Virus record (IMG/VR): IMGVR_UViG_3300037088_000771
Coordinates: 77 to 64,076 of that record
Strand: one strand, 5' to 3'
Length of the DNA: 64,000 nt
From: a virus
Lineage: Duplodnaviria > Caudoviricetes
The translations under genes were made by a program, and so were the position numbers. The notes under the pieces are model-generated. The model was given only the letters and a program-made list of their open reading frames with translations, was not told the origin of the DNA and ran no database searches. Positions 18,708-28,403 of this stretch are shown piece after piece (position 1 is the first letter of the stretch; every line of letters begins with the position of its first letter).

Positions 18708-20948
18708 ATGAAAAAAAATGTAAAATTCGATGAAAACTATTATCTCATTTCTCAAGAAGCTAATAGTACAGCAACTGTAGAAGTTGCAAAAAAAACAAAC
18801 CACATTTTCGTGGTAGACGTATCTGGCTCAATGTCATGGGAACTCCCAAAAATCAGAACACAATTGAAAAATAAACTTTCCAACATTATGAAGGAAGGTG
18901 ATACCATTACTATTGTGTGGTTCTCAGGCAGCAGGGATGCTGGAATCCTCAAAGAAGAAGTTGAAGTAAAATCACTTAAAACTTTATCCGATCTACATGA
19001 TGCAATTGACAAATGGCTTCGTCCAGTTGGCTTAACTGCATTCTTAAAACCACTTGAACTCGTTAAAGAAGTCATTGGTAGAATCAGAAAGAACAGACCT
19101 GACAGTGTGTTCTCAATGATCTTTCTTACCGATGGTTGCAACAACGATTGTCCTTGGAATGACGTAATTAAAACACTCAAATCACTTGAGGTTGAAATCG
19201 CTTCTTCAACATTCGTTGAATACGGTTATTATGCTGATTCACGTGCATTAACCCAAATGGCAAGCGTTCTTGGCGGTGAAAAAATCAGTTGTGACGGTTT
19301 CGATGACTTCGAACCAATGTTTGATGCAAAAATTTCATCAAGCGTTTATGGTGGCAAGAAAATCATTGTTAATATTACCGACAAATACCTTTATGACTTC
19401 GCATTTAGCGTTGGAAAAGACGGTAGCGTGTTACTATACAACATAGCCGACAACAAAATCATGGTTGGTAGTGATGTTAAGGAAATTTATTTCTTCAGTC
19501 CTAATGGAGTTGGTGGCGGAACAATCATAGATGGTGCACTTTACGCTGCAATTTATGTTCTTTCAGATAAACTTCTGAATGACGATGCAGAGAAAGTTTT
19601 TTATGCACTTGGTGACAACTATTATTATAGAATGTTGGCAAATGCTTTTGGAAAACAGAAACTCAATTCATTTAAAGCAGCCATTAAAGAATGTGTTGCC
19701 GATGTATCAAAAAGATTTCTTGATGGTGGAAAAGCAGCAATACAGAAAGTCCCTGATGATGCATATTGTTTGATGAATCTTATCGAAGATTTGGGAAATA
19801 CTGAAGGTTGTTTGTTTTACAAAGGACATCCTGATTTCAATTACAATCTTATTGGTAGAAAACGTGTTGCAAGGGGTGAAAATTTATCAGAAACTGATAA
19901 GAAAAGATTGTCTGAAGCAAAGAATGTTGAAGAAATCAGCAAGATCACAGAAGAACTCAAACAGAAAAATGTTGAAATTAAGTTCGTAGATTCTAACCCA
20001 AACAGAGGTTATCCTCTTACAGTCTTAGTATGGAATGAAAAACGTGCAAATCTTTCTATTCGTGTTTATATTGAAGGTGAAGCAATTATACCAGAAAACA
20101 AATTTGGTATTGAAAAAGTTGCTTCTTTCAGATACAAAACATATACCATTATTAAAGATGGTATCGTGAACATTAAGAAACTTCCAGTAACATGGTCACC
20201 TGAATTAGATCAATTATTGGTGAAATATGGTGTCAGTCATAACATAGACTTAGCAAATAAAGTAGTTGTTATTGATTTTACCAGTTTACCACTTATTAAC
20301 AGGGGAATGGTAAGAAGTATTTCAGCTAAAGGTCTTGCAATTCAGGAGTGGGAACTTCAGAAGTTACAGGCAGACAAAAAGGTTTACGATTATTTCAGGA
20401 AATCATTGTTTCCAAAAGAAAGTAAGTCATTTGTTGAACTGCTTGGTCAGGAAGCTGCTGATTGGCTCAAAACAATCGGAGTTACTGATTACAATGGCTT
20501 TGCACCATTGACAGATGCTGAAGAATCAACTGACTTTTATATGTCAGTCAATCTTGAAACTAAAATCAAAGGTTTCTCTTCATTACCAAAGGTTGAAGAC
20601 GTTATCGCCAAACTTAAAGACGGTAAACCTCTTAAGCCAACCGAATTGATCATGTCTGACGCAGTGAAGAAATATCAAACACAGCTTGAATCTGACATGT
20701 ACAAATCATTGAATGAAGAACAACAGAAAGGTGTGTTGAAAACATATCTTATCACCAAGTCTGACATTTTGAACAAAAAGAGAAGAAAAGCATTACAGGA
20801 GATCGCACAGATCAAATTCTCGCTTATTCTTTCTAAGAAATGGTTTACTGAATTCAAAACATTCGATGAAAATAAACTAAGTCTTAAACTTGACGGTCAG
20901 GATTTGGAGTTTACCTTCGATCTAAGTGAAAAAGAAGAAAAAATCTAA
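18708..20948 (+). CDS. large vWA domain protein
   Basis: VVDVSGSM MIDAS and FLTDG; 746 aa. Confidence 0.85.
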   Translation: MKKNVKFDENYYLISQEANSTATVEVAKKTNHIFVVDVSGSMSWELPKIRTQLKNKLSNIMKEGDTITIVWFSGSRDAGILKEEVEVKSLKTLSDLHDAIDKWLRPVGLTAFLKPLELVKEVIGRIRKNRPDSVFSMIFLTDGCNNDCPWNDVIKTLKSLEVEIASSTFVEYGYYADSRALTQMASVLGGEKISCDGFDDFEPMFDAKISSSVYGGKKIIVNITDKYLYDFAFSVGKDGSVLLYNIADNKIMVGSDVKEIYFFSPNGVGGGTIIDGALYAAIYVLSDKLLNDDAEKVFYALGDNYYYRMLANAFGKQKLNSFKAAIKECVADVSKRFLDGGKAAIQKVPDDAYCLMNLIEDLGNTEGCLFYKGHPDFNYNLIGRKRVARGENLSETDKKRLSEAKNVEEISKITEELKQKNVEIKFVDSNPNRGYPLTVLVWNEKRANLSIRVYIEGEAIIPENKFGIEKVASFRYKTYTIIKDGIVNIKKLPVTWSPELDQLLVKYGVSHNIDLANKVVVIDFTSLPLINRGMVRSISAKGLAIQEWELQKLQADKKVYDYFRKSLFPKESKSFVELLGQEAADWLKTIGVTDYNGFAPLTDAEESTDFYMSVNLETKIKGFSSLPKVEDVIAKLKDGKPLKPTELIMSDAVKKYQTQLESDMYKSLNEEQQKGVLKTYLITKSDILNKKRRKALQEIAQIKFSLILSKKWFTEFKTFDENKLSLKLDGQDLEFTFDLSEKEEKI

Positions 20949-20970
20949 GTATCTTCATAATTAAAGATTA

Positions 20971-20998
20971 AACCCCAAAGAAATTTGGGGTTTTTTTG
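20971..20998 (+). terminator. intrinsic terminator
   Basis: aaaccccaaa-gaaa-tttggggttttttt. Confidence 0.75.
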
Positions 20999-21032
20999 TT
21001 ATGAAAACTATTTATTAAAAATGTATGCTCAT

Positions 21033-24000
21033 ATGAGTTTATTATCCGAAAGTAAACGCTTTAACGATTTCACTCCAGAAGAGAAACGTCAAATATTCAA
21101 TGTTTTCACACAATCATATGTAAAGGCAACTGGTGCTTCATGGGATGAAAGAAAATTTTACAGTCGTGCTGGTGAATGGTTATTCTTTGGTGACCCAACA
21201 GGTTTTATAACTCTTAGACCACAAAAGAGTGGATATTATAAACTTACTGGTGTTGCTGGCAGTCCAAAGGCAATAATGAGAGCAATGCAAGAATTAACAG
21301 CAACTAATTATCCTATCTGGGGTATGCTCACACAAGATTTGGCAAATATGTTAATCAAAAGATTTGGTTTCAGGATGCCAAACAGACTTGAAGGATTTAT
21401 AATTAGTAAATTAATATCAAATAACGTATTCGGAAACGTAGAATTTAAACGTAATCCAGATGGTAGTATAACATTTAATTATGCTGATGTTGGCGAAGCT
21501 ACAAAAGTGTTTGTGGGTAGTAAAGAATATTATAGAAAAGTAAGAATGGATGTCGTTAAAAGAGTGTTTACTGGAAAACCTGCAGCAAATGAAGAAATTA
21601 ATGAAGACGTTCTTGATGAAAAAAGAGCAGTTGAAAATTATTTTGAAGATAGTTTTAAATTAGTGTCTGAATACCTTAGAAGATATGGGTATGAGAATAC
21701 ATATGCTTCATTCAGAAAAACAGCAAACACTACATTTATTAATCGTAGTAACAGTTATAGTACACCGACTGGTTTTTATATGTATCCGTTTAAGAATTAC
21801 GCAGAAAAAATTGCAGCAAGTACAGATATGCAGACATTTATGAAAGTGTTTCCATTTACTCCTGATAGTAAGTTTTGTTTTTTATTTACGATAGCAAATT
21901 ACGATAACCTTTTATCTTCATTAAATCCTGATGTTGAAAAAATTCACGGATATGTAAGAAAAATTAAAGAAATATACGGTAAAAAAAAACCTGCAATTGC
22001 CACACTCTGTGATTTATATTTTACACCCGAAGGTTTTACTTCAAGAGCAGGATATAGTCATAAAAATGAGTTTCAAAAATTCTGGATATTTTTATACGAA
22101 ATAGCTTTTGAATTAAGAAATAATAATGCCAAATATGAACCAGATAAGTACGAAAGTAATTATCAAGAACGTCCTTCATCAATTACAATAATTGCCAATG
22201 ACATTGGTCTTGCTGGATTTATTGATGATGGTTGTCAAAGCATTATTCATGGTGGCGAACCATGTCAGGGTGTTTTACTTAGCAACGTAAGAGAAACACT
22301 TAGTAATTTAAGAATTGTGCCTATATATCAGAAATATGATGCTCCATTACCTATTGATAATCCAGACGCACCAACAGGTAATTCAGAAGAAAATAGAAAT
22401 AAATATCAAAAATATCTTGCAGGAAAATTACAGGCAAGAAGTGTTTCGATTCTTGGAAATGAGTATCAAAGTGCAATAAAAAATCGTATGCCTTTTATCG
22501 TTTTCTTTAATGATTACACACCACTTTATATTGACAGAGACGGAAATAAAACAGTAAGAGGTCTTGATGCAGAAAAAATAATTGCTACTGACCGAAATGC
22601 AGACGAATATGATGATACTATGAAGACAAAACGTACAGCATATATTAATTCATTATTCAATACCAAGTATGATGAAGTGCGTCCATTTGGTAAATATGGC
22701 GGTGATATAGCTTTTGCAATTGGTACTGACGGCACATATTCGTTTATTAATAAAGAAGGAAAACCTGATATTACTGATGTTGACATACTAAAGATTACTG
22801 ACAGTAAAACACGTGCAATATATCTTAATCAAATACGTGGCGAAGACATATATGATAGTGTTGGTAGTTTTGGTGAATTTGGCGGAGAACTTGCAAGAGC
22901 ACAAACACTTGAAGGTACTACAGTCTATATTAACAAAGCTGGTGATTCAGATATATCAAAAATCGATGTTACCAAAGTTACTGACAGTAGCAGTCGTGCA
23001 CTCATAATTAATCAGAAATTAGGTAAAAAGATTTACAGTAATGTTGGTGACTTTAATAAATTTGGTCAGGGCATTGCTGTAGCATATAGTGAAAAAACTG
23101 GCGGACAAATATTCATTAATACAGAAGGTAGACCAAGCATAAAAGGTGTTAAAATAATAAGTATTAATGATAGTACTTTACGAGCAGTATATTTTAATCA
23201 AAAATTTCATAAAAAAACCTTTAGTTTTATTGGTAATTATGATAAATATGGTGCTGGTATTGCAATAGGAAAATATGTAAGTAGTGGTGACTTAGTTTTT
23301 ATTAATACATTGGGTCAACCTGCTCTTGATCAAGTAGATATTGACAAAATTGATGATACTAATATTCGTGCATTATATTTGAATCAAAAATTCGGCACAG
23401 ACTTCACATCTGTTGGTATATTTGACAGAATTGGTGATAATGTTGCATTTGCTGTTCGTGAAGGTGGTGAAGTTGTATTCATTGACAGAGAAGGCAAACC
23501 AAACATGGGTAATGTTAATATTCATGATATTAGTGACAGTCATATTCGTGCAGTATATGTAAATAAATTATTAAATACAGACTATACACATATCGGCAGA
23601 TTTGGTGAACTTGGCGGTGATGTTGCATTTGCTACTAATCCTGAAAACTTAACTTATGAGTTTATTAATAAAGAAGGTAAAAAAGACACCACAGGCGTTG
23701 AATTAGATAAAATAAGAGACGCAGCAACAAGAGCAGCATATTTTAATCAAAAATATGGTACAAAATATGAAAGTGTTGGTGATTTTAGTACATATGGTGA
23801 GAATGCTGCAAAGGCATTTGAACCAGAAAAAGGTAGATTTTTCATTAATAGAGAAGGTGTGCCAGATACTTCTGGTGTAGATATAAATGAACTTGATGAT
23901 TCATATGATCGTGCCACAGTTTATAATCAAAGATTTGGTACAAATTATGATGAAATAGGTAAATTCAATGTATATGGCAAAGGTATTGCAGTAGCAAATG

Positions 24001-24581
24001 ATGTTGAAGGAAAAAGAAATTTTGTTAATAATAAAGGTAAAAAAACAACTGTTGGTGTTAATATAAAGACGCTTCCTGACTCACTTCATGCGCTATATAT
24101 CAATCAAAAATATAAGAAAGATTATAAAACAATTAGTGGTTTTGGACAATATGGTGAAAATGCTGGAATTGCACGAACTAAAGACAATAGAAACATTTTT
24201 ATTAACAGAGAAGGCAAACCAGATATTACTGGTGTTGACCCCGAAAAAATAAAAAATATGAACAGTAATGTAAAAGCAACATATTTTAATACAATAAACG
24301 GTACTAATTTTAGCGACATTTATGAATCACTAACAAATAATCAAACAAATGTACTTTTTGCAACTATACCAAATAGTGGTGGTTATGCATTTGTTGACAA
24401 TAAAGGAAAACCAACAATAAAGATTAAAAATTTACAAATGCTCAAAGATCAATATGGTGAAACTACTGTTAACGACATAATTAAAACTACGAAAAAAATG
24501 TTAAGTGGTGAATTTAAAGAAAATTATTCTCCGTTACATTCACTTATAAATGAAGAACTTGTAAATTATTTTCAAAATTAG
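21033..24581 (+). CDS. large protein with ~10 WG-like ~60-aa repeats
   Basis: Repeated RA.Y.N..FGT.Y..VG.F..YG..IA.A....FIN.EG.P; start ATG 21021 or 21033. Confidence 0.8.
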   Translation: MSLLSESKRFNDFTPEEKRQIFNVFTQSYVKATGASWDERKFYSRAGEWLFFGDPTGFITLRPQKSGYYKLTGVAGSPKAIMRAMQELTATNYPIWGMLTQDLANMLIKRFGFRMPNRLEGFIISKLISNNVFGNVEFKRNPDGSITFNYADVGEATKVFVGSKEYYRKVRMDVVKRVFTGKPAANEEINEDVLDEKRAVENYFEDSFKLVSEYLRRYGYENTYASFRKTANTTFINRSNSYSTPTGFYMYPFKNYAEKIAASTDMQTFMKVFPFTPDSKFCFLFTIANYDNLLSSLNPDVEKIHGYVRKIKEIYGKKKPAIATLCDLYFTPEGFTSRAGYSHKNEFQKFWIFLYEIAFELRNNNAKYEPDKYESNYQERPSSITIIANDIGLAGFIDDGCQSIIHGGEPCQGVLLSNVRETLSNLRIVPIYQKYDAPLPIDNPDAPTGNSEENRNKYQKYLAGKLQARSVSILGNEYQSAIKNRMPFIVFFNDYTPLYIDRDGNKTVRGLDAEKIIATDRNADEYDDTMKTKRTAYINSLFNTKYDEVRPFGKYGGDIAFAIGTDGTYSFINKEGKPDITDVDILKITDSKTRAIYLNQIRGEDIYDSVGSFGEFGGELARAQTLEGTTVYINKAGDSDISKIDVTKVTDSSSRALIINQKLGKKIYSNVGDFNKFGQGIAVAYSEKTGGQIFINTEGRPSIKGVKIISINDSTLRAVYFNQKFHKKTFSFIGNYDKYGAGIAIGKYVSSGDLVFINTLGQPALDQVDIDKIDDTNIRALYLNQKFGTDFTSVGIFDRIGDNVAFAVREGGEVVFIDREGKPNMGNVNIHDISDSHIRAVYVNKLLNTDYTHIGRFGELGGDVAFATNPENLTYEFINKEGKKDTTGVELDKIRDAATRAAYFNQKYGTKYESVGDFSTYGENAAKAFEPEKGRFFINREGVPDTSGVDINELDDSYDRATVYNQRFGTNYDEIGKFNVYGKGIAVANDVEGKRNFVNNKGKKTTVGVNIKTLPDSLHALYINQKYKKDYKTISGFGQYGENAGIARTKDNRNIFINREGKPDITGVDPEKIKNMNSNVKATYFNTINGTNFSDIYESLTNNQTNVLFATIPNSGGYAFVDNKGKPTIKIKNLQMLKDQYGETTVNDIIKTTKKMLSGEFKENYSPLHSLINEELVNYFQN

Positions 24582-24673
24582 TGTAAAAAAAATGTAAAAA
24601 AGTTGCAGATAACAAAACTTTATTTACCTTTGCAGAGTATTTAAATGAAAACGAACTTATATTTTTAAAACAA

Positions 24674-24808
24674 ATGAAAACGTACAGGACAATATCAGAA
24701 GATTTCACATCGACCTCAAGTCGTAGTGGAAATGGTATATGCTGTTCAATTTTTACAGGCAGAAATAATGCAGATACGGGTTCTGGTTTTAAAGACATCA
24801 TTGACTGA
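24674..24808 (+). CDS. Thr/Ser/Cys/Asn/Ile/Phe/Gly/Arg-rich attenuator leader peptide (44 aa)
   Basis: MKTYRTISEDFTSTSSRSGNGICCSIFTGRNNADTGSGFKDIID*, followed by a terminator and a matching tRNA array. Confidence 0.8.
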   Translation: MKTYRTISEDFTSTSSRSGNGICCSIFTGRNNADTGSGFKDIID

Positions 24809-24830
24809 TAATTTTAAAACTTTATAAAAG

Positions 24831-24862
24831 AGAACCCGATTCGCAAGATTCGGGTTTTTTTG
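24831..24862 (+). terminator. attenuator terminator
   Basis: aacccgattc-gcaa-gattcgggtt plus T run; 5' arm agaacccg complementary to cgggttct in the leader (24777-24784). Confidence 0.85.
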
Positions 24863-24874
24863 TTCTTTGCATAA

Positions 24875-24945
24875 GTCGGAATAGTTCAGGGGTAGAACGT
24901 CTGTGTGGTATTCAGGCAACATCGGTTCGAATCCGATTTTCGGCT
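24875..24945 (+). tRNA. tRNA-Thr(GGT), divergent
   Basis: tctgt-gtGGTat-tcagg; T arm atcgg-ttcgaat-ccgat. Confidence 0.65.
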
Positions 24946-25038
24946 CAAATATAAGTCTTATAGCTTATAAACACCGTATATAAGGTTTGCATCTTATGTA
25001 CAACACTGTAAGGTGTTCATTGACATGTTGGAATTTTT

Positions 25039-25113
25039 GCACAGATGGTCGAGTGGTCAAAGGCAACGGTCTGCAAAACCGTACAACCGTGGGTTCGAAT
25101 CCCACTCTGTGCT
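25039..25113 (+). tRNA. tRNA-Cys(GCA)
   Basis: acggt-ctGCAaa-accgt; U73. Confidence 0.92.
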
Positions 25114-25239
25114 CAAACATTACTTAGTAGTCGTATGCTATTGGACACTTTGGGCGATTGAACTCCAGAGTCAACAGAGATAGACAGACAAAAGTGTAGT
25201 GGGTGTGTGTATCGTACAATCCGCAATGGCACACCAAAT

Positions 25240-25315
25240 GGGTTGGTAGTGCCATAATGGTTAAAACGGCTGTCCGTTAAACAGCGAGATGTAGGTTCGA
25301 CTCCTACCCGACCCG
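25240..25315 (+). tRNA. tRNA-Asn(GTT), C33 variant
   Basis: gctgt-ccGTTaa-acagc; G73. Confidence 0.8.
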
Positions 25316-25321
25316 CAAAAT

Positions 25322-25395
25322 TGTCTCTTAGCTCAGTTGGTTAGAGCACTTCTCTGATAAGGAAGGGGTCGTCAGTCCAAGTCTGACAGAGACAA
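25322..25395 (+). tRNA. tRNA-Ile(GAT)
   Basis: cttct-ctGATaa-ggaag. Confidence 0.88.
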
Positions 25396-25458
25396 CGAGC
25401 AGACCGTTAGAATTTCATAGGCACTGAATTAGAAGTGGAGAGCATAGAAATTCAAAAT

Positions 25459-25539
25459 AGTGATGTGGATGAGTGGTATAGTCACCAGTCTGATAAACTG
25501 GCTCGCAAGAGGACGTGGGTTCAAATCCCACCGTCACTA
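25459..25539 (+). tRNA. tRNA-Ile(GAT), long variable arm
   Basis: ccagt-ctGATaa-actgg; ctc-gcaa-gag arm. Confidence 0.85.
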
Positions 25540-25573
25540 CAAATCGCAGACGTGCGATCTTATGTTGCAACAT

Positions 25574-25662
25574 AAAACGATTACTTATTGTTAGCATAGC
25601 TGGCAATGCTGCTCTGTGAATGGGTGAAGGTGAGTTCAAGTCTCACAGGTAAGAGTCGTTTT
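25574..25662 (+). ncRNA. tRNA-like element, anticodon undetermined
   Basis: D-like arm agca..tgct, T arm gtgag-ttcaagt-ctcac, extended acceptor stem. Confidence 0.45.
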
Positions 25663-25666
25663 GTAT

Positions 25667-25753
25667 GGAGAGTTGTCAGAGTGGTCTAATGAGGCGGTCT
25701 TGAAAACCGTTGGGCGGGTAACCGCCCCGTGGGTTCGAATCCTACGCTCTCCG
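25667..25753 (+). tRNA. tRNA-Ser(TGA)
   Basis: gcggt-ctTGAaa-accgt; long arm; G73. Confidence 0.92.
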
Positions 25754-25857
25754 CAAATTACGAATGGGAAAGTAGTTAGCGGTACTTAGTTGGGATAATA
25801 CTAAGTCAAGATGCACTGACCACTATTATCGAGTATAATAAAAAGTTCGTAATATTT

Positions 25858-25951
25858 GGATGGTTAAGCAGCTATATTGGAATGGCGACATGTCCTGAAA
25901 ACATGGTTTCGGTTTTAATAACTGGATGGGGGTCAGGTCCTCAATCATCCG
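25858..25951 (+). tRNA. tRNA-Ser(TGA), divergent C33 variant
   Basis: catgt-ccTGAaa-acatg; long arm; G73; atypical T loop. Confidence 0.6.
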
Positions 25952-26015
25952 CAATGGTCTTTGGGCGTTCTCCCGTGTCCAAGGATAGCAAATACAAAAT
26001 GTAAACGGGAGTCAT

Positions 26016-26102
26016 GGAGAGTTGACAGAGTGGTTATTGTAACAGTCCGCTAAACTGTGGGTGACGAAAGTTGCCCCGTAGGTTCGAACCCTACACTCTC
26101 CG
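26016..26102 (+). tRNA. tRNA-Ser(GCT), C33 variant
   Basis: acagt-ccGCTaa-actgt; long arm; G73. Confidence 0.85.
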
Positions 26103-26338
26103 CAAAGTCAAGCGAAATGGGTTATCATCACTTGACCTATGCATCTGAAATTGTGGTCATGACACTATGAGGATGTAAAAGTTCTGGGTTGCATAAGACG
26201 CTGCCCTAATGTTCAGCAGGAAGTTTTGTACTTGCATCTGGCAATGCGAATAGTACTCTATGGACTCCGAGACATATTAAAGATAGTTGCAATGCTGTCG
26301 GGAATCGTGAGTATAAGGCTCACACCAGAACTTAATTT

Positions 26339-26410
26339 GAGGACTTAGCTGAGTTGGTTTAGCGATGCTCTGAAAAGGCATAGAGACAGGTTCAATCCCT
26401 GTAGTCCCCA
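26339..26410 (+). tRNA. tRNA-Phe(GAA)
   Basis: atgct-ctGAAaa-ggcat. Confidence 0.8.
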
Positions 26411-26459
26411 CGCAGTCGGTTCGCACTATACGTAAAATGAATGAGTAGGAAGTGCACTT

Positions 26460-26535
26460 GGGGAGATAGTTTACAATGAGCAAAACGTCTGCTATTCGAA
26501 GAGCAGATAAAGAGGTTTAAATCCTTTTCTCTCCG
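26460..26535 (+). tRNA. tRNA-like gene with expanded (8-nt) anticodon loop
   Basis: Acceptor ggggaga/tctctcc; tctgct-attcgaag-agcaga; degenerate T loop. Confidence 0.5.
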
Positions 26536-26540
26536 CAACT

Positions 26541-26613
26541 GGTGTCGTAGCTCCAATGGTAGAGCGCAAGCCTGAAGAGCTTGGCGTTGGTGGTTCGAGT
26601 CCACCCGATACCA
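26541..26613 (+). tRNA. tRNA-Phe(GAA)
   Basis: caagc-ctGAAga-gcttg. Confidence 0.9.
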
Positions 26614-26701
26614 CTCCTTCCTTCTAAACAGGGTAATCACCCTATCAGGTCGCCAGATTGCAAATGACCTCTCTACGAAAGTAAGCAGAAATCTGGCAAA
26701 C

Positions 26702-26777
26702 GCAGAAGAAGCTCATGTGGTCGAGTGTCAGCCTTCCAAGCTGAATGTAGCGGGTTCGAATCCCGTCTTCTGCTCCA
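26702..26777 (+). tRNA. tRNA-Gly(TCC)
   Basis: tcagc-ctTCCaa-gctga; U73-CCA. Confidence 0.9.
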
Positions 26778-26778
26778 T

Positions 26779-26850
26779 GCGAAATATAGCTTAATTGGTA
26801 AAGTGTCTGGCTTCCACCCAGAAGAAGCGGTTCGAACCCGATATTTCGCA
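26779..26850 (+). tRNA. tRNA-Gly(TCC)
   Basis: tctgg-ctTCCac-ccaga. Confidence 0.75.
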
Positions 26851-27133
26851 CAAAACACTTGTAATAAAGAATATTTTCATTATCTTTGATAAAATTTATA
26901 GCTATGAAAGAAGGATGGAAATACGTTTTATTAGAGTATAATTACATCACCTACTGTCAAGGTACTGCAGATCGCAATCACGGACAAGCATTAATACACT
27001 GTCCAGAAGACTGCAGTTTCAATAACATTAGATCAACATTATTTAATGCTAAACATCGTGAAGGCGATTACGAAATAGACATTAAGAGTGTAAAAGATGT
27101 AACCATCGATTGGGGTAAAAGTTATTCCTAAAC

Positions 27134-27170
27134 AGTGACGTAGCTAAATGGTGACGGCAGTTGTCTTTAT
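27134..27170 (+). pseudogene. 5' half of a tRNA gene
   Basis: agtgacg-ta-gct-aaatggtgac-ggc-a-gttgt-ct; breaks off just before an endonuclease gene. Confidence 0.5.
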
Positions 27171-27204
27171 TTAATTTCACAGTATTTATAGTAAAATATT
27201 AAGT

Positions 27205-27951
27205 ATGGATAATGAAAATTTTGAGAAAAAAAATATTACACTAAACATTGAATGGCTACAAATTGACGGTAAATATAAATGTCCACATTGTGGTTTGAAC
27301 TATTCGAAAATGGGAATATGCTCTCACATTAACATAAAGCATTTGAATGGTAAACATAATAATAATTTGGTTTCCCATAATAAAATGGTGAGTGACGGAA
27401 AATTGCCAAGAAACAAAAATCAATATGAATTAGCAAGAGAACGTGGTGAAGAATATACCTTATCAGTAGAATCGAGAAAAAAAATGAGTAAATTAAAAAC
27501 TGGACAAAATGTTAGCAAGGAGACTCGTGAAAAAATATCTAAAACACGAAGCAAATATTTGGAAGAAATTGGTGGCGGTGGATTTACTAAGATTAAATGG
27601 TATAAAATAAACAACATAAAGAATGTGGAGTTTATTGTAAGAGGCAAATGGGAATTAGAATTAGCCGAAATACTGAATAAGGAAAAAATATATTGGATTA
27701 GAAAACAGTATCTTACATACACGAAGAATGAAATCACCAAGACTTATTGTCCAGATTTTTATCTTCCAGATTATAATATCTACATCGAAGTTAAAGGATA
27801 TTATTCTCAAATTGATAAGGAAAAAATTGCGCTCGTTCTCGAAAAAAATAATATTAATTTACAGATGGTATTTGATAAAGACTTATCTGAAATAAGGAAG
27901 ATTGGAATTAAAAAATATTGGGATGTATCTGCTTTGTCTTATACACAATAG
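27205..27951 (+). CDS. homing endonuclease (Zn finger, NUMOD3-like repeats, PD-(D/E)xK)
   Basis: CPHC..H...H; S.E(S/T)R.K(M/I)S repeats; YCPDFYLPDYNIYIEVKG. Confidence 0.85.
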   Translation: MDNENFEKKNITLNIEWLQIDGKYKCPHCGLNYSKMGICSHINIKHLNGKHNNNLVSHNKMVSDGKLPRNKNQYELARERGEEYTLSVESRKKMSKLKTGQNVSKETREKISKTRSKYLEEIGGGGFTKIKWYKINNIKNVEFIVRGKWELELAEILNKEKIYWIRKQYLTYTKNEITKTYCPDFYLPDYNIYIEVKGYYSQIDKEKIALVLEKNNINLQMVFDKDLSEIRKIGIKKYWDVSALSYTQ

Positions 27952-27997
27952 AAACAGTAATGGTCACATGTGGGTTCGACTCCCACCATCCCAACCA
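27919..27997 (+). tRNA. atypical D-arm-less tRNA-Ile(TAT)
   Basis: Acceptor tgggatg/catccca+ACCA; ttgt-ctTATac-acaa; normal T arm; no D arm. Confidence 0.6.
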
Positions 27998-28000
27998 AAT

Positions 28001-28075
28001 GCATCGGTAGCTCAGTGGTAGAGCAATTGACTGTTAATCAATTGGTCGCAGGTTCGACCCCTGCCCGGTGCGCCA
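28001..28075 (+). tRNA. tRNA-Asn(GTT)
   Basis: attga-ctGTTaa-tcaat; G73-CCA. Confidence 0.93.
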
Positions 28076-28403
28076 ATTAAAACACTGACACTATTTATTA
28101 TAGTATGTAAAAATAATGTTAGTGTTTTAATTAAAAGACAAATATGGAATCTAAAAGTGTTGCTTGGGAAATCGAATATAAAATAACTGGTAGCGATAGA
28201 ATTTATATAATGAGAATAGACCTTCACTTTAATAAAGTAAAAAATATTGCCAAATGGTTCAGGATGACACACAGTGGAAAAAATGGTCAAAAGGATTGTG
28301 AATTTATTAATGCAAAAATAATTGAAGAAAATGTTTAAATATCCAAAATTAACAGAAAAGCATTTTTTCTGGATTAGAATTATAAAACTTTTAAATAAAA
28401 AGG

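Noticed and set aside
25958-26011. HDV-like (theta) ribozyme after a tRNA
   Set aside because: There is no P3/L3 element between the P2 5' strand and the P1 3' strand, so the topology does not fit. It is kept only as a generic pseudoknot.
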